Positions 42,686-58,797 of a stretch of DNA of 64,000 nucleotides are shown piece after piece. Position 1 is the first letter of the stretch; each line of letters opens with the position of its first letter. Where the stretch lies: contig OZ024762.1 of the NCBI GenBank assembly GCA_964016885.1, positions 25,234,001-25,298,000 of the forward strand, written 5' to 3'. This DNA is from Eledone cirrhosa. Taxonomy: Eukaryota. The translations under genes and the position numbers were made by a program. The notes beneath the pieces are model-generated. The model saw nothing but the letters and a program-made list of their open reading frames with translations. It had not been told where the DNA came from and did no database searches.

Positions 42686-45550
42686 GAAATGAATGCTGAC
42701 GGGCTAGGACAATATTTGGTTGATATCCTAAAGTTAGTGGTAGATGAAATGAACAATGGCAGTGGGAAACCTATGAACCTAAGATTTGTAGACAGAAAAA
42801 AGTTAAAAGAAACAACAGCTAAGGTAAACAAAGTCATCCCATACCTTGAGGCGAGGAACCTTCACCAATGCAACAATATCCTCAAAGCAACAGCAAATGC
42901 GGGGAGGAAATTACTTGGCGTAAAAGCGAGAGGAAACAACAAACAAGAGAGATCAGAGCCTTGGTGGAAGAAACGACTGAATGGTCAAATCAGGGAAATG
43001 AGAAATGACATTGGAAAGCTTGAGTCCCTACTGAATGGGACACTAAAAAACATAGACACTAAAAATAGACTGGAAATAAAGTACAAAACTAGGAGGAAAA
43101 AGCTAAATATCATCATAGAGGAATTGAAGCAACGCATTGTAGCAAAGAGTGCAAAGATTAGGCGGTATGAGAGAGAGAGTCAGTCAGTATAGACAGAACC
43201 GCATGTTTGACAACAACCAGATGTTGTTTGGTTGGCTTGAAGAGAAAGAAAGAGGCAACGACATGATCCCTGAGGCGGAACAAACTAAGACATTGTGGAG
43301 AGGAATATGGGAGCAGGGTGTTGAACATAATGATCAGGCAGTGTGGATTGAGACAGTACAAAAGGAGATTAGTGAACAGGCACACCAACAAACTGATTTG
43401 AGTGTCACAGTTGAAACTCTTAAGGGGCAGGCTAGAAAACTAACCAACTCGAAATCACCAGGCCCAGATGGTGTGCAGGGGTATTGGATTAAAAATATAA
43501 CATCCCTCCACCCTAAACTGACAACCATGTTCAATGACTGCTTGATGTCGGGTGAGGTACGAAGAGTGGTTGACAAAAGGTACCACAGTTCTGGTAATAA
43601 AAGACCGAACCAATGGTAATGATGTTACCAACTATAGACCTATCACATGTCTGTCCGTAATGTGGAGACTGTTAACAAGAATTGTGTCTGAGGAAATCTA
43701 CCATCACCTCCACATAAACAACTTGTTACCGGACGAACAGAAAGGATGCCGAAAGAAGTCCCGTGGTACAAAGGACCAGTTACTTATTGATAAGATGGTA
43801 ATGAGGATTTTCAGGAGGATACACACTGGTCTTGTCATGGGATGGATAGACTACAAAAAGGCATTCGACATGGTACTTCATTCTTGGATAACCAAAAGCC
43901 TAGAGATCTTCAAGGTGGCAGATAACATCAGACAGTTGTTGAGCAAAAGTATGAAGTCCTGGAAAACAGAGTTAACATCGGGCGGAGAATCCTTGGGAGG
44001 CGTGAGGATAGTTTGTCCCCTCTGTTGTTTGTCCTTGCCCTCATCCCCCTGACCATTATACTGCGAAAAGTGAGAGCAGGACACAAGTTGGGAAAGGGAG
44101 AGCTTACCATCAGTCACCTCCTCTTCATGGACGATCTTAAGCTCTTCGGGAAGAGTGAGAGGAAGCTGGATGTACTTGTTGACACTGTCCGTATTTTCAG
44201 CAATGATATATGTATGCAATTTGGTATTAGTAAGTGTGGAGTCCTTGTGATGAAGGGGGATAAATTGAGCAGAAGCAACGGAATCCAGGTACCAACAGGT
44301 GAGATGATAAAGGAAATTGATGCTGAAGAGGGATACACATATGTAGGTGTTCTGGAGGCTGATGACATCAAGAACAAAAAAATGAAGGAACTGATAAGAT
44401 CTGAATACATTCGGAGAGTAAGGATCGTATTAAAGTCACATTTAAACAGTAGGAATGCCATAAGTGCAGTAAATTCACGAGCTGTGTCTATTATTATGTA
44501 CAGTGCGGGAATTCTGAGATGGAATGTTGCTGAAAAAAAAGAAATGGATAGGAAGACTAGGAAGCTATTGACTATCTACAACATGTTCCACAAGAGGTGT
44601 GATGTCGATAAACTCTACTTAAGGGGCTCTGAAGGTGGAAGAGGTCTTATCAGCATAGAGGACTGTGTTCAGATGGAGAAAAACAACCTACACAAATACG
44701 TGACTGATAGTAGGGAGCCAGTGCTCAGAATTGTACTGAAGGAGAGGACAATAGGCCAGGGATGTCCAAGGAGGAAATAACAGCAAGGAGAAAGAGCAAC
44801 CTTCATGAAAAATCCCTTCATAGTGCCTTCTTTGAGGAAACTGTATTTAGAGATCCACAGGCATGGAACTGGTTGAAAGGAGGAGACCTTAAAAAGGCTA
44901 TAGAAGCAATGCTCAGGGCTGCGCAAGAGCAGGCCCTCAAAACGAAGTGGCTGAAACACCATATTTACAAGGAGGAGGCTAGCCCATTGTGTAGGATCTG
45001 TGGAGAGAGGAGACTGTGGCTCACATTGCATCCGAGTGTAAACACCTAGCCCAGACTCACTATAAGGGCTGGAGACATGATATGATGGGCAGGGTGATCC
45101 ACTGGCACCTATGCGAAGTAAACAATTTACCACATTCTGAGAACTGGAACACAATAGACCTTACCTGGTGGTTTTGGACAAGGAAAAAAGATCGTGCCTG
45201 ATTGTAGATGTGGCCTGCCCATTCGACACGAGAGTGCAAGAGAAGGAGAGGAAGAAAATTAACCGATACCAGGACTTAAAGTGGGAGGTAAAAAGGATTT
45301 GGAACTGCCATGAGATCAAAGTGGTTCCGATTGTCATAGGCGCACTAGGTACTATCTCAAAGAGTTTCCAAGGATGGTTAAAGAAAATTGGTGCCACCCC
45401 GCTTTTTGGAACACTTCAAAAGGCATGCTTGCTGGGAACAGCAACGACCCTCCGATACGTCCTAAATATCTGAGGCTTTAGGTAGTGGCTCGATATTCAT
45501 TTCAACAAACTTTCCAGTTAAATAACATCAATAACTGAGACTCAAAGAAC
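42686..45550 (+). mobile_element. R4/Dong-type LINE (RT plus restriction-like endonuclease), 5'-truncated and decayed
   Basis: EPWWKKRL, KSPGPDG, NYRPITCLS, WIDYKKAFD, HLLFMDDLKL, GGRGL, CRICG..HIASEC, RHD, RP(Y)LVVLD..IVDVACPFD, KINRYQDL. Several frameshifts and a deletion of the QGD region. The 3' end runs into (AAT)n at 45551-45577. Confidence 0.92.
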
Positions 45551-45596
45551 AATAATAATAATAATAATATTAATAATATATATATATATATAAAAG

Positions 45597-46046
<450 letters not shown>

Positions 46047-46050
<4 letters not shown>

Positions 46051-46472
46051 AAAGAATAGAGGTGTAACACACAAGTTATTATATATTGGTAAACGGAATA
46101 GAAAATGCTGACAAATTGTTCACAGTTGAAAAATGGTTTAATTAGGAATAAAAGAGTATTAGTGATTGTATGGGTTAGTATTCAGTTGTGGTTTTAAGTT
46201 TTTAAGTTTTTACCGGTTGCGCATTTCTAAATGCTTTTCAAAAATAATTTTGAGATAGAGTGTCCGTGCTGTTTGCTCTGATCCGAGCAAACAGCACGGA
46301 CACTCTATCTCAAAATTATTTTTGAAAAGCATTTAGAAATGCGCAACCGGTAAAAACTTAAAACTTAAAACCACAACTGAATACTAACCCATACAATCAC
46401 TAATACTCTTTTATTCCTAATTAAACCATTTTTCAACTGTGAACAATTTGTCAGCATTTTCTATTCCGTTTA

Positions 46473-46480
<8 letters not shown>
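46047..46480. mobile_element. Near-perfect ~200-bp-arm palindromic insertion (family G)
   Basis: Arms at about 46081-46278 and 46285-46480, 6-nt loop, tail 46047-46080 on the left only; almost identical to the PLE2 terminal repeat. Confidence 0.9.
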
Positions 46481-46510
<30 letters not shown>

Positions 46511-47082
46511 AATTCTTCAAGAATGTGCCTAACATGTGTACACCTGACTATTATAAATCGATGGTGGACTTCGGGGCCTGCCTCGTGGTATCAACTCCTT
46601 TCGGCCGGCCATGGCTATATCCACTGAATGTGAATGAATGTGATGCATCCATCTTCTTCAATATGCAATTATACTTGTTGGGGAACCTTTTACTTAATCC
46701 CTACGTAAGGTTGCTTTACACTGTTGTATGTGACTGATTTCCGCTCGATAAACTAATGATTTGGAAAGACGCTGTTAACACAGCAAGGATTAAGATGGCT
46801 GCCAATAGACAGACGAGGAAAGTGTTCAGAGTTTTTGTGGTAGTAAAAAGAAGCGTTCGTTTTATTTGTTGATATTGTGTATGTAAAGAAATATAAATAT
46901 AGGTATGTAAGAAGATTCCAGTTTCCCTGTTTGTTGAAGCTCATGTGACAGAGTGTGTGAAATGAGAAATGAGAAACTCATATTAGACATTCACGCAATC
47001 TCATTTATGAACAAATATATTCATACATAAGTATACATACATACACATACATGCATACATATATACACACACACGCACATAT

Positions 47083-47146
<64 letters not shown>

Positions 47147-47332
47147 TACACACATACATATATATTATATATATATATATATATACACTACACACACAGA
47201 CATATATATATACATAAACATATATATATATATATATATAAATATACATGTGTATGTATGTATATATACATATATATACCTATGCATGAATTTGTATGTG
47301 CGTTATTTGAATACACACACATACACACACAC

Positions 47333-47463
<131 letters not shown>

Positions 47464-47991
47464 TATACAGAAATACAAACGCACACACATACATTCGCAC
47501 AAACACACACACAAACATAAATATATATATATATATGTGTGTATATGTGTGTGTTTGTAATCTTCGGTATGTGTGTATGTGCATATGCCTGTTTGTGTAT
47601 ATCTGTGTGTGTGTTTACGAGTTGTGTATGTGTCTAGCTATATATACACACAGCGATATTGAAGTATATGTATTCTCAACTCTTTATTTGGTCTTCCCAA
47701 GGAAAAAGGAAAATGGCGGAAAACAGAGAAAAAAATGAAGAAATTAATTTGCGTAAAACCATAAAAAAAAAAACAATCAAGAAACAAAACTAACGAAAGT
47801 TAAATAATAATATATTAAACAAAACTAAATTCTTAAACAAAATACATTATCGAATGTATTGAACTAGTTATAATTAAATAGATAGAAAGAAATATATTAC
47901 TGAGTTAATACTATTTTATCTTTTGCTTGGTGTGGAACGTGTCTTGAGAGGGAGGAGAGGGTAGAGGGGAAGATATATATATATAGAGAGA

Positions 47992-48055
<64 letters not shown>

Positions 48056-48099
48056 GAGAGAGTGAGTGAGGGATAGAGTGAGTGAGGGATAGAGTGAGA

Positions 48100-48150
<51 letters not shown>

Positions 48151-48173
48151 ATATATAGAGAGAGTGATATATG

Positions 48174-48265
<92 letters not shown>

Positions 48266-48310
48266 GAGAGAGCAAGAGAGAGGAGAGAGTGAGTGAGGGA
48301 TAGAGTGAGA

Positions 48311-48382
<72 letters not shown>

Positions 48383-48709
48383 ATATAGAGAGAGAGAGAG
48401 TGAGAGAGAGGGGGAGGGGGAGAGAGAGTGACATGTAGATTTAGATAGAAAAAGAATAAGTAATGAAAGATAGAGAGAGAGGGAGGGAGAGAGAGAGTGA
48501 GTGAGTGAGAGGGAAAGAGACAGCGATAAAGTAAAGAGATAGTGAAGGGGATACATATTGTGAGCGCGTATATATATATGACTCTCTCTCTCTATATATA
48601 TATATATATTTATGTGTGTGTGTGTGTGTGCATGTGCGCCTGTGTGCGTAGACAGAAATACACACAAACACACGCACACACACACAGACATACTCACACA
48701 CACTCACAT

Positions 48710-48742
<33 letters not shown>

Positions 48743-49399
48743 AAATGCTGTCAGATATCGATGAAGACAGTATAATAGAACATAATACACCAGCACCACA
48801 ACAACAACAACAACCACCACCACCACCACCGCATACAACAACAACAACAACGTCAACACTGACAACAACAATACCAATGGTGGTGATGTTGCTGTTTGCT
48901 AAAAGCTACGAGGAAGATTTCAATCATTTTCAAGCAATAATAAAACTACAAATACAAAAAAAATAATGATTATAAAAATAAAAATAAAAATAAAAATAAA
49001 AATAAAAATAAAAATAAAAATAAAAATAAATAAAAACTAAAATAAATGATGCAGCGATTATAAAACAAAACAACAACAGAAAACACAAAAATCATTAATA
49101 AACGAAAACCTACCCCCACCACCATCGCCACCACCAATAAAAACAAAAAGAAAAGAAGACAGAATCAAATACAAAAAGAGAAGCATAACAAAACCGTGTG
49201 CCTCAGGAATATGGAAACGAATAATAAAATTATGCAATTACAATGGTTAATATTGCAGCGAAGTGAATGCTGGGGAGGGTTAGTGTGTAGGTATCAGCAA
49301 TGGAGTGGTCTACTCGTAGAATGTTTTACAAATAACTTCGGCTTTACTATTGCTGTTATTGTTGTTGTTGTTATTGTTGTTGTTGATGTTATTGTTGTT

Positions 49400-49750
49400 G
49401 TTGTTGTCGTTGAGCCAGAGTTACTGTGAGGGTGTTGTTTGGTTGTAATAGTCACCGGGGTTTGTAGTTGAAATTTTTCAGGAAATATTTTCTTATATAC
49501 TTGCTCGTGAACCATACTTCATGGTTTGGTAATGTAGTTGATGTTGTTAAGGTTGATGGTAAGGTTGTTATCATTGTTGTAGTTGATGTTGTTCCTGTTG
49601 CAGCCAATTGTGCTATAGCTGTTGTTTCTGCTGTTATTGTTGTTGTTGTTGTTGAGCCGGAGCTACTGTGAGAGAATTCCTAGGAATAGTCACCCGCGTG
49701 TGTAGTTGAAATTTTCCAAAAAATATTTTCCTATATACTTGCTCGTGAAC
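49400..49750. repeat. Local ~110-bp duplication in a (GTT)n-rich region
   Basis: GTTGAGCC.GAG.TACTGTGAG...ATACTTGCTCGTGAAC at about 49408-49512 and 49651-49750. Confidence 0.75.
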
Positions 49751-49896
49751 AGTAATTCACATTTTCTATTTAACATTTTGCACCGAGATATCCTATAATT
49801 TAGAGCACGCGTTTTATGCCGATTATTTATTGAAAAATTGAGATATAGGTTTGGATATACGACTGCATATCTTGCTCTTATATATATATATATATA

Positions 49897-50089
49897 TAAC
49901 AAAGTGTGGTAAGGAACCAGGTGGACCATAACACACCAGAGTACTTGATACTTAGGGTAGTAGAGTGGGTAATAGGAAAAGAGTCAGGACCCCGACGGCT
50001 GAGCTCCGGCCGTTTCGACAGCTAGATCCGAACTAAGGATCTAGCTAGCGAAACGGCCGGAGCTCACCCGTCAGGATCCTGACTCTTTT

Positions 50090-50094
<5 letters not shown>
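49897..50094 (-). mobile_element. Short fold-back PLE insertion (family F subfamily)
   Basis: Tail plus arm 49897-50029, 7-nt loop, inverted arm 50037-50094 ending at CCTAT. Confidence 0.85.
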
Positions 50095-50134
<40 letters not shown>

Positions 50135-51260
50135 CATTATCATTCAATTTCCAAATATGTCAGTTCAAAAGTGTAAGTTTTGTTTAAATATGTTTAAAAC
50201 AATGAACGTATTTTTTGTATCATGCTTTAAATGTATTTTCTGTAAAGCCAGCGAGCACATATAACAATGGACGTTAGTCTCTCGCTGAACCATATCAACA
50301 ACTTTATAATTTTTTAATAGAATTATTCTCGTACAATCTCACTTTATATAGAAAATGCTCTCTGATGAAGTCATGTGAAATGCGTAAAACTAGCGGGCAA
50401 GTAAAGTCTTCCGATGAAGGGCAACCACCAGTAACCTGTCTGAATCAGAGGTAGAACTAGCTGTCAAGTTAAGCCAGTCCTGAGAGGAGCGACCACCAAT
50501 AAACTGCCTGAGTCAGTAATCGTTTACGGTAGACAAAAGGCGTATTGAATAGCATAAACATAAACTGGCTGGGGTAAGGTCACAGCCATGTAATTGTGTG
50601 TTTTGTCAGACATGCAAGTGTTTTAAAAAAATAAACATCATAACTTCAACCGTATTTTCCAACTGTCCTTTATCTACGAACCTTTTGAAGCCTATTCGTA
50701 TATGTTAGGAAAGTTTATCTATGCATTGATAATTTATTTCAATCAAGAAAAAGAGAATGTGTTTGAGATATTGAGATTATTGTATATAAAATAGATAACT
50801 ATCTGTGAGAAAATAATAAACAAATAGCAAAGGTATGGATAACAAGCCATACAGATATTAGGGGAAATACAAAACAAAACAAAAAACAGATGAATTAGTA
50901 GGAGGAAACGCGAAAGATATAATATATATAGATTATATAAGAATTTCATCGCAAGTCAAAACTGTTCAGCACAAACGTAATTATTAAGATTGGGGAAAAT
51001 TCTGAGAAGAATCTAGATGTAAGCTATCAAGTTTCAATCCTCCATTATAAAAGCCAGATCTGTCAACGTTAAAAACTTATCAAGTATTGGAGAAGGTTAA
51101 TATACAAAGGATATGTTGGTTTGTAATGGGTCATATACACTTGAACTATATTTTATCAAGCGTAGGTCATATAGAATCGTCTCTGTGTTTTGGTGGAGAC
51201 TATTCACAATATCTGTATGTCGCTATTTGTTCCAAAGCGAAAACTACCTCTCCAAGAGGG

Positions 51261-51313
<53 letters not shown>

Positions 51314-51358
51314 TACATACATATATATACATACAAATATATATATATATATACATAC

Positions 51359-51391
<33 letters not shown>

Positions 51392-51409
51392 CATAATTAC
51401 ATATATATG

Positions 51410-51440
<31 letters not shown>

Positions 51441-51449
51441 ATACATATC

Positions 51450-51501
<52 letters not shown>

Positions 51502-51541
51502 CATACATATATATATATGTGTATGTAAATATATGTATATA

Positions 51542-51572
<31 letters not shown>

Positions 51573-51699
51573 GTGTGTATGTATAAATATATATACATAT
51601 GTATGTGTATATATATATGTGTGTATGTATAAATATATATACATATGTATGTGTATATATATATATATATATACATGTATATATATATATATATACATG

Positions 51700-51811
<112 letters not shown>

Positions 51812-52556
51812 AATAAGAGAGTGACATAGGTTATCTTGAAGCTGTTCTTTGAAAAAATTACCAAGATTGAAGATGCTATATATTGTCAAAGAGCTACCAA
51901 CCATAAACTAGATCTGGCAGTACGAAGCAGATACGCTAAGATTCAACCGAATTCTTTCTTTTTATGTTTCATTTTCCTCCTCTTTCGTTGTGATTTTTGT
52001 TCATTCTCTCTCTGTCTCTCTCTCACTCTGTCGCTCTCTCTCTCTCTGTCTCTCTCTCTCACTGCTATATCACTCTCACCCATATCTATATCTATCTATC
52101 TATCGCACTCTGTATTCCATATCTCTATGTATCTATTGGTCTCTCTCTCCCATTTCTCTCTCTCTCCCGCTCTCTCTTTCCCGTATCTCTCTCTCTATCT
52201 CTTGCTCTCTCTCTCTCTCTCTCCCATATCTCTATATATCTATCACGCTCTCTCTCTCCTATACCTCTCCCTATCTATTTATCGCTCTCTCTTCTTTATC
52301 TTAATTATAAGGGGAATTAGTTAGCTCTCGCCTGTCGATCATAGCTTACTATCTCTATACGGACGTTTAAATGCGCACACACATATATGTATATGGAAGT
52401 GTATGTACACACACACATACATAGATATATAGATAGATATGTTTATAGATAGATAGATATATGTGTATATGTATATATATGTATGTATATGTATATAAAT
52501 ATCGATAGATATATATGTGTGTGTGTATACGTATATATATATATGTATATGTATAA

Positions 52557-52650
<94 letters not shown>

Positions 52651-53317
52651 GGAGAGAGAGAGGTACATATACATACATAAACACGTTATATGAGAAGTTG
52701 AATGTGTAAATATCTGTAGTTTTACGTGTGTGTGTCTACGTTAATGTGTGTGTGTGTGTGTGTATGAGTGTGAGTGTGTGTGTGTGTGTGTCTGTTTGTA
52801 TGTGTGTTTCCGTGTGTTAATGTGATTTATCTATGAATGCAAAAAGGTAAAAACAAAATCACAAACACAACAACAACAACACACACACACTTAACAACAG
52901 CAACTTGCATATATACATACAATCATACACACACGTAGGCACACACACAGACCCACAAACACAAACACACACACATACACAAACATAAACAGGCACACAC
53001 ATAGACCCAGACATACACACATAAAAACACACCGCCTCCGCCGCCTCCCCGCAGACATATTAACGAAACTACTATTACTGAAATAGATAAAGCCAAATAC
53101 GTACAAATGTGTGGTTCAAAGAATAAGTTAGGAGGCTCTGATGGGCAGGAACAGAAGGATGGTGGGTGAGAGAGGGGTGGAGAGAGAAAGGGAGAGGGAT
53201 GAGGAGAGGAAGGGAGAAGGAGAGAGAGAGGGGGAGTGAGTGGGAGAGAGATATATAGAGAGAGGGTGTTTAGATACATACACACACATATTGCGGAGTG
53301 CTATTTTTTGATGGTCC

Positions 53318-53368
<51 letters not shown>

Positions 53369-53515
53369 CATACAACAAAAAAGAAAGATTAAGAGATAAG
53401 GGACGAGAGAGAGAAAAATATAAAGAGAAAGAGAAAGAGACAAGAGACAGAGGGAGAGAGAGTTCAGAGTCAAGAAAGAGAGAGAGAGTTCAGAGTCAAG
53501 AGAGAGAGACGCAAG

Positions 53516-53593
<78 letters not shown>

Positions 53594-53831
53594 TCTTCCT
53601 ACTCGGGCGGCTTTGTGAAGGTCAGCGACAAAGAATAACCCTTGTTATCGTTTGACCTTCGCTTTAGTGTTTCTTGCATTCCTTTTACCATTTATACCAA
53701 GTCAGGACTTTTGCAGATAATATTTTCACCCATCTGTACGGCGGAGTCTTTCTTTCTCTTTGTATCTACGTATAGAACGCACTCAGTTTTTCTCATGATA
53801 ACCTACGTAATCTTAAACAAATGTACGTATG

Positions 53832-54370
<539 letters not shown>

Positions 54371-54553
54371 GCCAACAGTATTACATAATATATATATATA
54401 TATACCTATATATATATATATAGGTATATATATACATATATAGAGAGAGAGGGAGAGAGCATTTAATGTTGTTATTACTGTTTTTTATTTGTGCATTTAA
54501 ATGAATATACATACATATATCCATATATATATTTGTAAGTATTTATATATATG

Positions 54554-54755
<202 letters not shown>

Positions 54756-55016
54756 TACATATATATACATACATATGTGTGTGTCAGTGAGTGTATATAT
54801 AAATACGTTTTAGTTCAGGAATAAAAGGCAAAAAGTGGTCAATATATGGAGTGCAGTTTATTTTACATTCCAGTATAATTCTGCAATCTTTCTAACTTTG
54901 TTCTTTGTTTTATAAAAGACATCAAGAATGGTGAGCAGAGTCTTCTCTATCTCAGACTTGGTACCTTATCTGTTGTATGTGACACAGTACAGCTCCTGCT
55001 CGCGTCTTTTTGTAGA

Positions 55017-55235
55017 GTAGTAGTAGTAGCAGTAGTAGTAGAAGTAGTAGTAGTAGAAGATATAGTAGTAGTAGTAGTAGCAGTAGTAGTAGTAGTAGTA
55101 GTAGTAGTAGAAGTAGTAGAAGAAGTAGTAGTAGTAGTTGTAGTAGAAGTAGTAGTAGTAGTAGAAGTAGTAGAAGTAGTAGTAGTAGAAGAAGTAGAAG
55201 TAGTAGTAGAAGAAGTAGAAGTAGTAGTAGAAGAA

Positions 55236-55305
<70 letters not shown>

Positions 55306-55352
55306 AAGAAGTAGAAGTAGTAGTAGAAGAAGTAGAAGTAGTAGTAGTAGTA

Positions 55353-55416
<64 letters not shown>

Positions 55417-55424
55417 AAGTAGTA

Positions 55425-55467
<43 letters not shown>

Positions 55468-55475
55468 AAGTAGTA

Positions 55476-55530
<55 letters not shown>

Positions 55531-55559
55531 AAGAAGTAGAAGTAGTAGTAGTAGTAGTA

Positions 55560-55647
<88 letters not shown>

Positions 55648-55655
55648 AAGTAGTA

Positions 55656-55689
<34 letters not shown>

Positions 55690-55766
55690 AAGTAGTAGTA
55701 GTAGTAGAAGATATAGTAGTAGTAGTAGTAGTAGTAGTAGTAGAAGTAGTAGTAGAAGTAGTAGTA

Positions 55767-55827
<61 letters not shown>

Positions 55828-55943
55828 AAGAAGAAGTAGTAGAAGTAGTAGTAGTAGTAGTAGAAGTAGTAGTAGTAGTAGAAGATATAGTAGTAGTATT
55901 AGTAGTAGTAGAAGTAGTAGTAGAAGTAGTAGTAGTAGCAGTA

Positions 55944-56022
<79 letters not shown>

Positions 56023-56076
56023 AAGTAGTAGTAGAAGTAGTAGTAGTAGAGGAGTAGAAGTAGTAGTAGTAGTAGA

Positions 56077-56110
<34 letters not shown>

Positions 56111-56120
56111 GTAGTAATAT

Positions 56121-56165
<45 letters not shown>

Positions 56166-56281
56166 AAGTTATATTAGTAGAAGTAGTAGTAGAAGTTATA
56201 GTAGTAGAAGTAGTAGTAGTAGTAGTAGAAGTAGTAGTAGTAGTAGTAGAAGTAGAAGTAGTAGTAGTAGTAGTAGTAGTA
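55017..56281. repeat. 1.27-kb (TAG)n microsatellite with AAG interruptions
   Basis: Direct inspection. Confidence 0.97.
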
Positions 56282-56342
56282 ACAATAATGACGGTGACGC
56301 AGTTTGCACTCTTGGTGATGATGATGATGTATATGTGTGTTA

Positions 56343-56376
<34 letters not shown>

Positions 56377-58797
56377 TACAACCGAAATGGAAGACTACTG
56401 AGAGACACCCTGCTGGAGGCGAACTTGATGGCGACCAACCTAAGGTTTAGGAAGAATCTGGGGAAGATGTGGACCTACATCTCAGATATGCACCTGTCCA
56501 AGTCCCAGATTGATTTCATTCTGGTGAGGAAAAAGTGGCGGAATAGTGTTCTGAACACGGAACCATACAGCTATTTCAGTACACTGGGTAGTGACCACCG
56601 GCTTGTTATGAGTGAGATCCGCGTGAGCTTAAGAAAGAGCAAGGCTCAGCCCCGGAGAACAATCTATGACTGGGGAGCTTTCAGGGAAGATGATAAGCTA
56701 CAGGAGAGGTTCACAGTGGAAGTGAGAAACAGGTTTAGTGCTCTGTGTGGAGAGTCAGAGGAGAGAGAGATTGGATGGACTGAGGAGAGTGTGACGAGGA
56801 GGTACGGGCACTTCACCAATGCAGTGGCGAAAGCAAGTGAAACCCTGGTGCCGAGGAAAAAGAACAAATGGAAGCACGTCAGCTCTGCAAACCCAAAAGT
56901 GTGTGCAGCCAGAGAACACCTGAAAGCTGCCAGGGACCAATTCTATGCTGATCCTCCGGAGGAGAGGATGGAGACTGTGGAGGTGATGAGGGAAGAGCTC
57001 TGTACCGCTTACACTGAGGTCAGAGAGGAGGCACTGATAGAGAAGATCAGAAGTGTGGAGAGAGCGGTTGACAGATCTGGATGTAAGGAGAGCTGGATGA
57101 TCATCAACGAGATCACAGGGAGGAAGAAAAGGTGTTCGAGTCAGATCCAGGGAACGGGGCCCGAGGATAGGAAGAGGAAATGGCTAGACCATTTTAGGAC
57201 CCTACTAGGAGAGCCACCCTCCACAGCCCAGAGCACTGGGGAGATCAGGCGGCTGTTTGAGGAACTGGATGTTGAGACAGAGCCCTTCACCAGAGAGGAG
57301 CTTCAGAGAGCCAAGAAGAAGATCAAGGAGGGCAAGGCTCATGGAGAGGATGGAGTGGCATCAGAGGTGATGAAGAGGTGTGATTTTGATGATATCATCC
57401 TGGGGTTCTGTAACGGGGCACTGGAGAAAGGAGTTGCCCCGAATCAGTGGAGGATCAGTAACATCGTCCCAGTGCCAAAGAAGGGAGATCTCTCTAACAC
57501 CAACAACTACCGGGGGATCTCACTGACGTCACTTGTGGCAAAGACCCTCAACAGGATGATTCTTAACAGGATCCAGCCTGAGATGGAGAAGAAGCTCAGG
57601 GACAACCAGAACGGCTTCAGAGAGGGTAGATCAACCACCAGTCACATCCTGATGCTGAGGAGGATATTAGAGGGAGCTAGAGCAAAGTGCCTTCCTGCGG
57701 TCATGGTTTTCATTGACTTTAGGAAGGCCTTTGATTCTGTGGACCGTTACTGCCTGATGAAGATCTTACAGGCTTATGGAATCCCCAAGAGGATAGTGGA
57801 CCTGATATCACTGCTCTACACCAACACCAAAGCCCAAGTCATTACACCTGATGGGATGACAGAGTTCTTTGAGATACTGGCTGGAGTGCTCCAGGGAGAT
57901 ACATTGGCTCCCTACCTTTTTATCATCGTAGTGGACTATTGTATGCGCCTTGCACTGGAGAAACACCAGGACTCTGGCTTTACTGTGGCACCGGCTCAGA
58001 GCAGGAGAGTTGGGGCGAAAAAGGTATCGGATGCTGAGTTTGCCGACGACATAGTTTTGGTGACAAATACAGTGAAGGAGGCAGGGGATTTGATGCGGGA
58101 GGTTGAGACTGTGTCGATGAGTGTGGGGCTGAGAAAGAATGAGACTAAAACAAAATATCTGGTAGAGAATGTTGAGAAGCCAGAGGGGATCACTAATGTA
58201 GGCGGGAAGCCGCTGGAATTGGTTGAGGACTTCCTGTATTTGGGAGCAAAGATTGGGAATACGGAAGATGATGTGGTTGAGAGGAAGAGCAAGGCCTGGG
58301 CGGCGTGTCACAGCTTGAGATCGGTGTGGAAGTCAGACCTTCGTAGAGACCTGAAAATCCGCCTCTTCATTGCTGTAGTGGAGTCTGTGCTGCTGTATGG
58401 GTCTGAGACTTGGACACTGACCAAGAGACTCACTCAGATGGTGGATGGGTGCTACACGAGAATGCTGAGGATGGCTCTGAACATTAATCAGTATACACTG
58501 AGGATGAAAAACTCAGAGCTGTATGGGAGCATCCCAAAAGTCAGCTCAAAAGTGACACAGAGAAGACTGAGGTTGGCTGGACATGCTCACCGACATCCAG
58601 AGTTGACATTGCACTCAGTGCTCCTTTGGGAGCCCCTACATGGACACACTAGAAGAGGAAGACCAAGGTTAACATATGTTGATGCCCTAAGGACAGACAC
58701 TGGTCTGTTGGAGATGCAGGATATGGCAGCGATAATGAGGGACAGAGACCGCTGGAGAGAACTCGTCCATGGATCTCGGGAATTTTACCCGCCTTAG
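56377..58797 (+). CDS. RTE-type LINE ORF (C-terminal part of AP endonuclease plus complete RT), 5'-truncated and uninterrupted
   Basis: The frame opens at the (TA)n junction with NRNGRLL, then QIDFILV, SDH, NYRGISLTS, QNGFR, FIDFRKAFDSV, GVLQGDTLAP, EFADD, FLYLG, RLRLAGH, RGRPR. The stop is followed directly by ATAGATA and (TA)n. Confidence 0.93.
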   Translation, partial: YNRNGRLLRDTLLEANLMATNLRFRKNLGKMWTYISDMHLSKSQIDFILVRKKWRNSVLNTEPYSYFSTLGSDHRLVMSEIRVSLRKSKAQPRRTIYDWGAFREDDKLQERFTVEVRNRFSALCGESEEREIGWTEESVTRRYGHFTNAVAKASETLVPRKKNKWKHVSSANPKVCAAREHLKAARDQFYADPPEERMETVEVMREELCTAYTEVREEALIEKIRSVERAVDRSGCKESWMIINEITGRKKRCSSQIQGTGPEDRKRKWLDHFRTLLGEPPSTAQSTGEIRRLFEELDVETEPFTREELQRAKKKIKEGKAHGEDGVASEVMKRCDFDDIILGFCNGALEKGVAPNQWRISNIVPVPKKGDLSNTNNYRGISLTSLVAKTLNRMILNRIQPEMEKKLRDNQNGFREGRSTTSHILMLRRILEGARAKCLPAVMVFIDFRKAFDSVDRYCLMKILQAYGIPKRIVDLISLLYTNTKAQVITPDGMTEFFEILAGVLQGDTLAPYLFIIVVDYCMRLALEKHQDSGFTVAPAQSRRVGAKKVSDAEFADDIVLVTNTVKEAGDLMREVETVSMSVGLRKNETKTKYLVENVEKPEGITNVGGKPLELVEDFLYLGAKIGNTEDDVVERKSKAWAACHSLRSVWKSDLRRDLKIRLFIAVVESVLLYGSETWTLTKRLTQMVDGCYTRMLRMALNINQYTLRMKNSELYGSIPKVSSKVTQRRLRLAGHAHRHPELTLHSVLLWEPLHGHTRRGRPRLTYVDALRTDTGLLEMQDMAAIMRDRDRWRELVHGSREFYPP

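Noticed and set aside
46520-46944. Unique segment with a hydrophobic minus-strand frame (FLVCLLAAILILAVLTASF)
   Set aside because: No start codon or clear splice sites, and stops follow shortly; insufficient support for a CDS.
50355-50520. CTGATGAAG and CCGATGAAG motifs as hammerheads
   Set aside because: No consistent stem II, GAAA and stem I arrangement found.
53616-53663. Hairpin GAAGGTCA...TGACCTTC as a pre-miRNA
   Set aside because: The stem is short and irregular, and no known mature sequence was recognised.
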